The notes below the pieces were generated by a model, which was not told the DNA's origin, did no database searches, and saw nothing but the letters and a program-made list of their open reading frames with translations. Below are positions 37,927 to 46,428 of a stretch of DNA of 64,000 nucleotides, piece after piece. How positions within the stretch are numbered: the stretch's first letter is position 1; each line of letters opens with the position of its first letter. The position numbers and the translations under genes are program-made. Source of the stretch: an uncultured virus (IMG/VR IMGVR_UViG_3300046794_000135) (lineage: Duplodnaviria > Heunggongvirae > Uroviricota > Caudoviricetes); IMG/VR virus record IMGVR_UViG_3300046794_000135; one strand, written 5' to 3'.

Positions 37927-39266
37927 GCTGCTTCTCCGTCAATGATGGCCGAGACAATCCGGGCCTTGCGTTCGAGGGTTTTGGTGACACGTTCGTCAAA
38001 GCTGCCAGCGATGACGACCGACGTGGCGTGGACCTGTCCGGTCTGGCCGCCGCGATGGGCACGGGAAATGATCTGGTCCTTGATGCCGGGAACCCACGGG
38101 TCTTCGGCGATGATGACGCGCTGCGCGATCTGCAAGCCGTCCGTGCCGGTGCCGCCCGCCTGTATCTGCACGACGATGACATGACAGTCGGGGTCGTTGA
38201 TGAAGGCTTCTTTGGCGTGCTGCTTCGCGCCCGCCGACATTTTGCCGTTGTAGATGACAGCGCCGTGGTCGTGGAGGTCGTTATATATGTGTGTTCCGCA
38301 AGCAGTATGTATGTAAAACACAATTATCTTGTCGTGCGAAAGCAACTCTTCCCTGACAAACTCCGCGACCTCTCCGGCCTTCTCCATCCCGATCAGCCGC
38401 CGGAGCGTTGATACCTGGGGATCGAAGTCTGTCAGCTCGCTGTCACCGAAGTCGTCTTGGCCGAGGATCGCCATGAGCTTCTGGAGGACCGGATCGAGCG
38501 AGGCGTCCACCTTGATCGGGCGCGGCGGCAGCCGGAAGCTGTCGATCAGCGGCTCCTTCAGCTCTTTGAGTACCGCGGACTTTTTGACACGGGACATGTG
38601 CGGCGCCAGCAGTTTGTTCAGGAGCTCCGGCTTGCGCGCGCCTGTCACCTTGAAGCCGTAGGGCGTGTCATACCCGGCGCACCATTCCTGCACCCACTGG
38701 GCGCGGTTCTGGATGTCGAACTGTGTCAGCAGGTGCGGGAACACCCGCGACACGACCACCCACAGATCAGAAGGATCGTTCATGATCGGCGTGCCTGTCA
38801 GCATCCAGACGCGCGCGGACTGCTTGAAAAGCGTTGCGGGGCTTTCCTTGCGGGCGCCGAAGATCGCTTTCGTCCACTTGGTGCTCGGCGACTTGCAGTA
38901 GTGCGCCTCGTCAAGTGTCAGCGCGTCCCATGTCAGCTTCATCGCCGACTTCCAGACTGTTTGGGCGATCACGCCGTGGTAGCTGACAATCACGATCTCG
39001 GCACGGGGATCGACCGAAGTTGTGGTCTTCTCGATCAGTTGTGTTTGAAACGCAAGCTCACGGGCGTGGAAATCCCATTGATACCGGACGTTGGCCGGGA
39101 CAATGACAAGCATCCTGACAGGCTTCTTTCCGCCCGCTTCCGCCTTCAATCGCCCGAAGGCTTCAAGCGTGACACGGGTCTTGCCCGTACCTGGCTCCCA
39201 TGCCAGCAGCCGGTGGCCGCTGACAAGGTGCGGGATTTCTTCAATCTGGTGTTGCCAAAGGTTCAT
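37923..39266 (-). CDS. SNF2-family helicase
   Basis: PGTGKT, LDEAH, LTGTP and QIISRAHRGGQ. Confidence 0.9.
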   Translation of the reverse strand: MNLWQHQIEEIPHLVSGHRLLAWEPGTGKTRVTLEAFGRLKAEAGGKKPVRMLVIVPANVRYQWDFHARELAFQTQLIEKTTTSVDPRAEIVIVSYHGVIAQTVWKSAMKLTWDALTLDEAHYCKSPSTKWTKAIFGARKESPATLFKQSARVWMLTGTPIMNDPSDLWVVVSRVFPHLLTQFDIQNRAQWVQEWCAGYDTPYGFKVTGARKPELLNKLLAPHMSRVKKSAVLKELKEPLIDSFRLPPRPIKVDASLDPVLQKLMAILGQDDFGDSELTDFDPQVSTLRRLIGMEKAGEVAEFVREELLSHDKIIVFYIHTACGTHIYNDLHDHGAVIYNGKMSAGAKQHAKEAFINDPDCHVIVVQIQAGGTGTDGLQIAQRVIIAEDPWVPGIKDQIISRAHRGGQTGQVHATSVVIAGSFDERVTKTLERKARIVSAIIDGEAA

Positions 39267-39478
39267 TCTATAGCCCTGTTGAAACAGTAGAGGAGGAAGA
39301 GAGCAGCGACGACGCCAAGTGCCCAATGCACCGACCAGAGCCCGTAAACGATGGCTCCTCCGATCGCGAGGACGAGGACGATCCCGATCAGCTTTCGGAT
39401 CAGGTAAACAATCCCCTTGGCAAGCCCGATGAAACCACCATCAAAGTAGCCCATCGGTGTCGTCTTCCATCTATTCAT
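39263..39478 (-). CDS. Small membrane protein
   Basis: Hydrophobic helices; overlaps neighbouring genes. Confidence 0.55.
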   Translation of the reverse strand: MNRWKTTPMGYFDGGFIGLAKGIVYLIRKLIGIVLVLAIGGAIVYGLWSVHWALGVVAALFLLYCFNRAIE

Positions 39479-39739
39479 CTTGTCGGTCCCCCAAACGGTT
39501 GAGCGCGTTGACGATCTTGACAGCGATATCGATGTCTCTCGTCCACGCAACCCTACCATTATCGACGCCGAGTTGCCGGTCAAGGATGTAAATGGTGTCA
39601 GACTTCTCCTGACGCTTGTAAGCGAACCGCTCCATGTCAGCGAACCTCCGTGACGCACTGGTAGGCAGAGTTGAGCCAGACCCCGACCGCGACGACCGCG
39701 ATGCAGATGCAGGCTGTGAGCTTTGTTGAGTCGTCCATG

Positions 39740-39955
39740 TCAGTGTCCTTTCATCTTGTTTCGAAGTTCGCTGATTGCGTTGCGTTCGGCGCGGGCGTCG
39801 GACGCCGACACCGACACCGTGCTTCGAACCGTGCCGCCATCCGGTTTTGTGAAATCCACAACCAGATGTTTGTTCTGCCGGATGATCTGGAAGCCTACGG
39901 CTCCGGCGCCGAAGCTGATGCGGGTGAGCATGGAATTGACGCGCGTCACAAGCAC
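39740..39955 (-). CDS. Hypothetical protein
   Basis: NKHL...TVSVSASD-RA-RN pattern; follows Xis. Confidence 0.55.
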   Translation of the reverse strand: MLVTRVNSMLTRISFGAGAVGFQIIRQNKHLVVDFTKPDGGTVRSTVSVSASDARAERNAISELRNKMKGH

Positions 39956-40143
39956 TCCTCCCCATTCACAAATCGCAGGAGGCTTTCCTTTGAGATGAGC
40001 CGACGCTTGCCGACTTTCACAGAACGGAGCTTGCCTTTGGCCAGTAGCTCACGGATGTAGCGCACGGAGAGCCCGATCGCCTGCGCGGCTTCATCGGCGT
40101 TATACGCGAGCTTTTCTACTCCATTTGAGGTATTCACAAGCAT
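39946..40143 (-). CDS. Excisionase/Cox-like HTH protein
   Basis: AYNADEAAQAIGLS...GKLRSVKVGKRRLI; divergent from the repressor. Confidence 0.8.
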   Translation of the reverse strand: MLVNTSNGVEKLAYNADEAAQAIGLSVRYIRELLAKGKLRSVKVGKRRLISKESLLRFVNGEECL

Positions 40144-40259
40144 ATTGTGTTCTCCACACAAGGTTATTCGTTAACGATTTTGGCTATTATGGCCGCCACA
40201 AGTCTTAACGGGTGTTGACATCTTGTTGTTTCTACGCCAACTTCTTGTGCATAAGACAA
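40125..40259. promoter_or_regulatory. Phage A immunity switch with clustered TTGYG-N5/7-CRCAA-like operators
   Basis: Sites at 40125, 40145, 40187, 40223 and 40245; TTGACA at 40215. Confidence 0.7.
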
Positions 40260-40285
40260 GTATCGAGTCGCAAGGAAAACGTAAG

Positions 40286-40693
40286 ATGAACAAGCACGAA
40301 TGGGTTAAAGATGGTCTGATGCGTCGGGGTTATCGTCAGAAGGACGTTGCGGTTGCTTGGGGCTCCCAGCAGGCTTCTGTAAGTCGATTTCTCGGCGGCG
40401 AAGAGCTTCAGGATTTACCGCTTTCGAAAGCCGTGCCACTGGCTCAGATGCTTGGCATTTCCATTGATGAGCTCGCAAAGGGTCTAGGTTTTCGGGGTCC
40501 GCCCGTGGAGCCTTCTATCGAAGCCACGACCGTTAGCGCGACGCCCTTGGGCACGCTCAACATCTCCACTCCTGCTCCAGGCATTTCCAGAATTGAGTTT
40601 CGGAAAGACCTGTCGATCGGAGCGGCTCAAGAGTTAATCAGGATTATCTCCAACGACATCCTTCCGACCCCAGCACCGGGTCTTACAACGTGA
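40286..40693 (+). CDS. Phage A repressor-like HTH protein without S24 peptidase domain
   Basis: QKDVAVAWGSQQASVSRFLGG HTH; lone plus-strand gene divergent from Xis. Confidence 0.75.
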   Translation: MNKHEWVKDGLMRRGYRQKDVAVAWGSQQASVSRFLGGEELQDLPLSKAVPLAQMLGISIDELAKGLGFRGPPVEPSIEATTVSATPLGTLNISTPAPGISRIEFRKDLSIGAAQELIRIISNDILPTPAPGLTT

Positions 40694-40909
40694 CTCGCAC
40701 CACTCTTTGAGCGGCGACCCACACCTGACATGCTCTGCTTCCAGTGTCATGTCAGTGGCATCGTCAAACATCTCGATCAGTCGCGCCGTGCTCTGCACCG
40801 TGTGGCGGATGAACGGCTTTCCGGTTGGCGCTGCGGCCATCAAAACGACATTGTTAAAACCCAACTCCGCGAGCTGGGACGCGAGTTGATTAAAAACTGT
40901 ATGTGGCAT
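40634..40909 (-). CDS. Hypothetical protein convergent with the repressor
   Basis: ORF with its own AT-rich upstream region. Confidence 0.45.
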   Translation of the reverse strand: MPHTVFNQLASQLAELGFNNVVLMAAAPTGKPFIRHTVQSTARLIEMFDDATDMTLEAEHVRCGSPLKEWCESRCKTRCWGRKDVVGDNPD

Positions 40910-41034
40910 TATTGGGGGTGAACCTTCTAAGGGCGAATTGTGTGAGTAATAGTCAGAACTTCCGTTGCACACAAGTTCTATAGTTTATCATATAGTGAAC
41001 AACGTACGTATTTTTTCGCTCAAATTGTAGCTGA

Positions 41035-41679
41035 TCAGACGTAGGCTTGAGCCAGCCGATCCAGCCGGTCCTTGAGCTTCCTGATCGCCTCCACCGACTG
41101 TCTGCGGGTGGTGGCCGTGCCCTTGCCCTCGATGTTGGCGGCGATTGCCTCCAGATCGATGACAGACATTGACAGCCCGGTGCGCACGGTCGCACGCTTC
41201 CCGTTGAGCTCGTCCAGTCGGGCTTCAAGGCTGGCGACCTCTTGCTCCAGTAGTTTTGTCTCTGATGCTGTCATGTCAGCTTCCTTTACTAGTTCGAAGC
41301 AGCGTGATGTCGCGCCGGGGTTCCCCTTGATGATGACGATGGTGCCGGGTTCCACCCCCAGCACGGTGTAAACCCCGCCAACCACGCCGTATTTGTTGTT
41401 GTAGGTGAATGAGTCATCGACGCGCCGCACTCGATCGCCGACCTGGAGCTCATTGCCGTTCTTGTCACGGGCTATCACGTTGTCAGGTTCCTTCTTGAAA
41501 GCGTGGGCCGACGCACCGGGGGCGCCGTCGATCACGACAAGGCTGCCCGCCTCATTTATATCCAGCACGGTGTAGACTTCATCGAACGCGCCGTATTGAT
41601 GGGGCCAGTCCGACGCGACCACCCGGCGCACGCGGTCGCCGACCTTGATCTCGTTGCCATGATTGTCACGGGGTGTCAT
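41035..41679 (-). CDS. Protein with an internally duplicated SH3-like domain and C-terminal coiled coil
   Basis: RDNHGNEIKVGDRVRRV and RDKNGNELQVGDRVRRV repeats. Confidence 0.65.
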   Translation of the reverse strand: MTPRDNHGNEIKVGDRVRRVVASDWPHQYGAFDEVYTVLDINEAGSLVVIDGAPGASAHAFKKEPDNVIARDKNGNELQVGDRVRRVDDSFTYNNKYGVVGGVYTVLGVEPGTIVIIKGNPGATSRCFELVKEADMTASETKLLEQEVASLEARLDELNGKRATVRTGLSMSVIDLEAIAANIEGKGTATTRRQSVEAIRKLKDRLDRLAQAYV

Positions 41680-41832
41680 GGCGGCTGATCTCTTGGTTGA
41701 TGCGGTCGGCGCGGGCGTACTGGTGCTCGGCGGCGGCGAGGCCCGCAACGATCACAACGATCGCGACCAGGAATAATGTTGTCGCCTCGATGATGTCACG
41801 CTGACAAGCGATCAGCTCGCGGAGGAGCGGGC

Positions 41833-42069
41833 TCATTCTGCCGCCCTCTTGACGATCTCGACGGCGTACCCGTCGAAGTCGCCGTAGCATGTCAACGCAT
41901 GGGCCTCGATCTCGATCAAGTCCTTGCGATCGTCGTTGTGCAGTCTGTCATGGATGTACCGGGCGACGATCTCGTCAACGGCCTTCTCGTCAAGTTCGAG
42001 CTTGGCGACGAGGATTTTCTCCGTGACCGTCACTTCGCGCTCGGACTCCTCAAATGTCATGTCTGTCAT
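41833..42069 (-). CDS. Hypothetical protein
   Basis: Co-directional, ATGA-coupled. Confidence 0.55.
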   Translation of the reverse strand: MTDMTFEESEREVTVTEKILVAKLELDEKAVDEIVARYIHDRLHNDDRKDLIEIEAHALTCYGDFDGYAVEIVKRAAE

Positions 42070-42140
42070 GGTGTCAGGTTTCCAGTGGGCGGGAGGTGGA
42101 CGGCGGGGTGAACCGCCGCCCAGGCTGTCAAGCTGACAGG

Positions 42141-42674
42141 CTAGTGGAGCGTGGCTCCGGCCTGTTTGGCGGTCGAGCCACCTTCCTGTTCGCGACGTGC
42201 CAGCTCATCTACGCAGTCGCCGCAGCCGCAGAACGACAGCGCCTCGTCAGTGACTTCGCCCCTGTCAAAGTTGTTGCTGACAGCAAGCTCCTCCAAGAAA
42301 GCCGAAACCGATTTGCCGTCCCACGCGATGCGGTCCCGGAGCTCGTCTTCGTTGATCGTGACAGAAGTGAACTCGCCGTTCTCATCCTTGGGGCCGAGGA
42401 TCAGCGCACCGCCGTCGATAATGAGCGTGCCGGGGTCGGACGCCTTGGTTTCGAGCCTCGCACCCGGTGCGGCGTCCGTGTTGACGAAGGCCCACGCCGC
42501 ACCGCCTTTTTTACCGGAGGAGATGATGACGTTGCCGCCGATGACGGGCGTCTGTTCGTTCTTGCCGGTGGCGAGATAGAGGGCTTCAAAAGCCGCCTTG
42601 CGCGGCCCGTCATACGTCACCGCGGTGATTTCCAGAGTGCTCGGAAGTACTATGTAAGCTCGTGGAGCGGTCAT
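42141..42674 (-). CDS. Hypothetical protein
   Basis: 177 aa with AAGGT RBS, downstream of operator-like sites. Confidence 0.65.
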   Translation of the reverse strand: MTAPRAYIVLPSTLEITAVTYDGPRKAAFEALYLATGKNEQTPVIGGNVIISSGKKGGAAWAFVNTDAAPGARLETKASDPGTLIIDGGALILGPKDENGEFTSVTINEDELRDRIAWDGKSVSAFLEELAVSNNFDRGEVTDEALSFCGCGDCVDELARREQEGGSTAKQAGATLH

Positions 42675-42752
42675 TTTATTACCTTTTGCTTGGGTTGTGT
42701 TATTTGCATACTACTTGCGCCACACACATATACTAGCGCAAAAAAAGGGGTG

Positions 42753-43148
42753 TCAGCCGGAGCTGACACCTGACATTTTCTTGGCACGGTCGAGGACCGC
42801 CCGAAGACGGGCGATCTCTTTGGCGTCCTCGTGCTTCTCTTGAAGGTATTTACCCTTGTATGTGGAGTTGTGTTCGTACTCCCCAATGGCCTCGTCCAGC
42901 GCCGCCACCAGTTCGCGGATCAACGCCTCGGCGTTCATCGCCCGCTGGTGCATCGAGTCGAAGCTGTCACGCCATGCGCGTGAGCTTTCGTCTCTCTCCC
43001 CCTTCAGCCTGTCGTTCTCTTCTCTGATCTCCTTGAGGGAGAGGCGGAGGGAGGTGATTTCGGCGGAGGCATCAACGATAGCGCAATGATATTCTCCGCC
43101 TTCACGCCTGTCGAAATACCGCCATAGGCGCTCTACGATGTCCGTCAT
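42753..43148 (-). CDS. Hypothetical protein spanning the shared repeat (MTDIVERL...)
   Basis: Start at 43148 coupled to the upstream stop; coiled-coil composition. Confidence 0.7.
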   Translation of the reverse strand: MTDIVERLWRYFDRREGGEYHCAIVDASAEITSLRLSLKEIREENDRLKGERDESSRAWRDSFDSMHQRAMNAEALIRELVAALDEAIGEYEHNSTYKGKYLQEKHEDAKEIARLRAVLDRAKKMSGVSSG

Positions 43149-43167
43149 AGCTCTTCCCCTCCGGTAG
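43041..43167. repeat. Direct repeat copy 2; junction between phage A and phage B
   Basis: Identical to 1-127; gene content and oligonucleotide usage change across it. Confidence 0.97.
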
Positions 43168-43999
43168 CTGCTGGCGGGGCAGGTAGAGGCATCCAATGGG
43201 TCGCTGGATTTTCATCAGTGAAGCCACCATCCCAACTAAGCCAGTATGGGTCTCTGTATTCGTATTCACGGCAATGACCTGATCCACCGCAATCCCCGAT
43301 ATCGATCTGGCATTCCTCCTCAGAGGTCCAGTGGCCGACTGTCGAGCGTGCTTGGACCGGCTTACCTTCAAAGATCTGCGGAATAGCGCCTAGAATAATG
43401 TCGGTTCCGTCCTTCGGCGCCGTCTCTATCGTCATCCACCCTCCACCCATCGCGGGCTTGGCCACAGGTTGAGGGGAGAGAGCGGAGAGGATCCGCTGCT
43501 CGTAGTCAGCTTGTGCGGCTGCTTTGGCTTCACTCGGACCGCCGAAGAGGTTCGACCCAGTCGACAATCCCGTTGCTGCCCACTGAAAATCATGCGGCAT
43601 AATCTCGTAGGGGCCTAAGATCGTCTCTGCTCTGAATGCCTGCTCGATATCGAACCACTCCAGCGGCTTCACCGACACGTTCAATTCATTCCCGCTCGTT
43701 GGCTTACCTCCTTGAAGCGCCCAACGCGCCCCTGCCTCGAACGCCTTCTCAATGATGCCGCCGCTGTGCTCGAATCCTTTTTCGGAAACGTACATCTCTG
43801 CAGCCACCGACACGTTCAATTCATTCCCGCTCATGGGGTTAGAAGGCTCTTCACTCGATTGCAGAGCGGGTGAGTTGACCTTCTTTTCCTTCCAACCCAT
43901 CAGGCCGAGGCGGTAAGGCTTGTCGGCGCAGTATTCCTGAGCGGCCTCTTTTGTCGAAAATATTTCGCCATCATATGCTTCGAAGACAGTAAAGCTCAT
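43145..43999 (-). CDS. Mosaic protein with C-terminal DUF551-like domain
   Basis: WMTIETAPKDGT...THWMPLPAPP; internal SGNELNVSV repeat. Confidence 0.7.
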   Translation of the reverse strand: MSFTVFEAYDGEIFSTKEAAQEYCADKPYRLGLMGWKEKKVNSPALQSSEEPSNPMSGNELNVSVAAEMYVSEKGFEHSGGIIEKAFEAGARWALQGGKPTSGNELNVSVKPLEWFDIEQAFRAETILGPYEIMPHDFQWAATGLSTGSNLFGGPSEAKAAAQADYEQRILSALSPQPVAKPAMGGGWMTIETAPKDGTDIILGAIPQIFEGKPVQARSTVGHWTSEEECQIDIGDCGGSGHCREYEYRDPYWLSWDGGFTDENPATHWMPLPAPPAATGGEEL

Positions 44000-44268
44000 T
44001 GCTGCGTTCCCTTCTTCTCGCGGAGGACGGACGGCGACAAGATCGATCCGTTGATTGCTCGATAAGTCAGGGATCCGTTTTCGTGATTGAGCGTCCCATC
44101 AAGGAAAAGTTCGGCTCCTTCGACCATGAACCGATCAATATTTTCGGGATTAGCTGCGAGAACAGAAACGATCTGGCCTGCAATTTCCATAGCGGGCTCA
44201 CCTGCCTGGAACCCAACAGCGACCGAAACTTGCGCTATCTTCTCAATTAGTTCCTTATTCCCGCTCAT
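43996..44268 (-). CDS. Hypothetical protein
   Basis: ATGA-coupled. Confidence 0.6.
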   Translation of the reverse strand: MSGNKELIEKIAQVSVAVGFQAGEPAMEIAGQIVSVLAANPENIDRFMVEGAELFLDGTLNHENGSLTYRAINGSILSPSVLREKKGTQQ

Positions 44269-44480
44269 GGGCTTACCTCTGGGGTTTCTGGGGAAGGGGT
44301 GGTCGTTTCGTCGGACCAGTAGAAGCCCTGTTCGTCGCCGGGATAAATGAACCCGTCGCCACTGCATTCGTCGCAAGTCTCATCACCGTATTCGCAGATG
44401 CAGTCCCCCGGCCAGCAGGCGCAACGGATGTATCCGCGCCCGGTGCACACGGGGCAGCATTTCGTGACTTTGTCGCTCAT
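44265..44480 (-). CDS. Small Cys-rich zinc-finger protein
   Basis: CPVCTGRG...CDECSGDG, DnaJ-like CxxCxGxG motifs. Confidence 0.65.
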   Translation of the reverse strand: MSDKVTKCCPVCTGRGYIRCACWPGDCICEYGDETCDECSGDGFIYPGDEQGFYWSDETTTPSPETPEVSP

Positions 44481-44761
44481 CCTTCCGTTCCCTCTGTAGA
44501 GTCGGAAACAGTTTTGAGCTTGAAGAAATCATCAGCCGCGACGGTCGCATTGCCGAGACAACTTGCAAGCGTCATGATGTTCTTGTCCGCAGATTTCCTC
44601 GAATAGATTGCCGTGAGGTGAGCCGCTGCCGTTAGAAGCATCATGACGCCCTCGGCAGGGTCTTGCCCTGTTCGCAAGCATATCTCTTTCGTCACAGCCT
44701 CTATTGCCAAGACGCGGTCGCGAGGGTCAGTGGAGATTTTTCCGGTGATCTTAATTTCCAT
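44477..44761 (-). CDS. Hypothetical protein
   Basis: Coupled operon member. Confidence 0.6.
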   Translation of the reverse strand: MEIKITGKISTDPRDRVLAIEAVTKEICLRTGQDPAEGVMMLLTAAAHLTAIYSRKSADKNIMTLASCLGNATVAADDFFKLKTVSDSTEGTEG

Positions 44762-45062
44762 TGTCCGTCCCCTCTGTAGAGGCGAGGGCGGATGGCAGGA
44801 ATGGCTTGATCGCCTCTCTGCTCTCTACTGCCAATTCTATGCCGTCCCTGAGTCCAAGAGCGTAATCGCCACGAATTGGTCTTTCAGCAAGGCAATCCAT
44901 GCCCGTCAGGAAGTCATTCATGGCGAGGCTAGACTTGAGGGCCTTGAGGCGATCAAGCAGAACGTTGCCCTGATTATGAAGTGCCGGATGTTCGGCGCAC
45001 TCTGCCTGCCAATCGCGGATCATCTTCTCCACGTCAGCTTTCATGATGGTTTCCTCGCTCAT
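44751..45062 (-). CDS. Hypothetical protein
   Basis: Coupled operon member. Confidence 0.55.
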   Translation of the reverse strand: MSEETIMKADVEKMIRDWQAECAEHPALHNQGNVLLDRLKALKSSLAMNDFLTGMDCLAERPIRGDYALGLRDGIELAVESREAIKPFLPSALASTEGTDNGN

Positions 45063-45063
45063 G

Positions 45064-45492
45064 CTATCTACCTTTCTGCTGGTGATCGAAGGCGGGGGCG
45101 TAGAGAGCCCGGTAAGGCAACGCAGGCTTTTCCGAGCGCTTTTCCTGCTTGGCGGCCTTCGCGAAGCCTTGGGACTGGATCGACTGCTTCGGACGCTTGA
45201 GGGCGTTGGCGCGGTCGTACTGCCGCTTGGCCTTGGCGATCAGCGACACGTCCTTGTTCGTCTTCCCGTCTTGGCCACGGTGGCAGCACTTCCCGAGCAA
45301 CTGCCCTTCGGCAATCGTGATCTTGCGCTGCTTGTCGGCTTCGGGGCGAAGAGCTTCGGCAATGATGTGGTCGATCTCGTAGGCTTTGGCGCCGAGACGC
45401 TGGCCACAGGATTCACAGCAGATGACGCCGCCGCGCTTCGAACGCTCGACTATCTCTTCGCGCTGGTTTCGGGTGAATTCGCGGCGGCTCAT
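45064..45492 (-). CDS. HNH endonuclease-like protein
   Basis: CESCG, EIDHII and CCH...KT motifs. Confidence 0.75.
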   Translation of the reverse strand: MSRREFTRNQREEIVERSKRGGVICCESCGQRLGAKAYEIDHIIAEALRPEADKQRKITIAEGQLLGKCCHRGQDGKTNKDVSLIAKAKRQYDRANALKRPKQSIQSQGFAKAAKQEKRSEKPALPYRALYAPAFDHQQKGR

Positions 45493-45824
45493 TCGGCTCC
45501 TCCATGCGGAACAGCGGATGCGGATTGACGGGCGATGAGCATGGCGTCGGCCATCGCGTATCGGACCTCAGCGCTTAATCGGAATCGCTCTGAATTCGGT
45601 AGGTCTCGCCACCAAACATCGAACGTCCCGATACTTGTTTTCGCGTCTCGCCAAACCTGATTACTTCCGTATGTAAGGCCCGCGCGGGTGACAATTTCCG
45701 CATATCCTGGCTGATCGGCATGGACTGCGAAGTAATCACGAAGGCTCATTCCTTTGATGAATTCTCCGGGTGGACCGTCAATTGTGGGGAACGCTGGGCC
45801 TCCGTCGTGTATCTCATCGACCAT
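45489..45824 (-). CDS. Conserved phage protein
   Basis: DGGPAFP, GMSLRDYFA and YAMADAML motifs. Confidence 0.75.
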   Translation of the reverse strand: MVDEIHDGGPAFPTIDGPPGEFIKGMSLRDYFAVHADQPGYAEIVTRAGLTYGSNQVWRDAKTSIGTFDVWWRDLPNSERFRLSAEVRYAMADAMLIARQSASAVPHGGAE

Positions 45825-46030
45825 CAGCGCACCTCCTGCCGAAGGGCCTGAAGCATATAATCGGCCTTCGCACGGCGAATCTCGTTCACGCGCCCGTGGC
45901 GATGCTTTGCCTCCCTCTCGGCTTGGTCGAGATATCGGAGTTCTGGGAGTGCTCTATAGAGGCGGCGACGCGTCTGCCATGATTGCCATGATGCGACTGC
46001 GCGGCGGATGAGTCTGTCGAGGCGGGTCAT
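45824..46030 (-). CDS. Hypothetical protein
   Basis: Coupled operon member. Confidence 0.5.
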   Translation of the reverse strand: MTRLDRLIRRAVASWQSWQTRRRLYRALPELRYLDQAEREAKHRHGRVNEIRRAKADYMLQALRQEVR

Positions 46031-46428
46031 GCGGGCACCTCCGCGAAAGTCCGGACGGTAACGACCTTCTCTTCCTCGGTGCACGTCAGATCATAGGCGT
46101 CTTCGACCCAATCGATGGATTCCGGCTCGGCGTGCTTGCCACCGCCGTACCAATATGTCCAACCAACCCACGAACCGTCAGGAAGCTGTGCCGCGACGGC
46201 TTTGGATTCATAGTGCCTGCTCCACTCGCACTTCAGGCCGGTTTCAACTTCCCCTTGGCGAACCTCGCTCTTTGCATCCCAATATTCATCTTCGTTTTCG
46301 AATGACTCGAAGTCTGCATCAATGTGAGTGCCAGACATGGACCCGAACTCTTCGGTAGCTCGCCCCGTCCATTCGTTGCCGCGGGAGAGGATGAGAAACT
46401 TGACTTTCTGAGATGCTGTAAGTGTCAT
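46027..46428 (-). CDS. Conserved phage protein
   Basis: SRHYESKAVAA...WVGWTYWYGGGKH motif. Confidence 0.7.
   Translation of the reverse strand: MTLTASQKVKFLILSRGNEWTGRATEEFGSMSGTHIDADFESFENEDEYWDAKSEVRQGEVETGLKCEWSRHYESKAVAAQLPDGSWVGWTYWYGGGKHAEPESIDWVEDAYDLTCTEEEKVVTVRTFAEVPA

Larger units (their letters stand above)
128..43167. mobile_element. Phage A: apparently complete 43,040-bp temperate podovirus-like genome, circularly permuted
   Basis: Full set of packaging, head, tail, lysis, integration, replication and immunity modules between two direct repeats; no host genes. Confidence 0.9.

Noticed and set aside
128..43040. TGACA enrichment explained as many sigma70 -35 boxes
   Set aside because: The preceding base varies, most copies are intragenic on both strands, and -10 elements are generally absent
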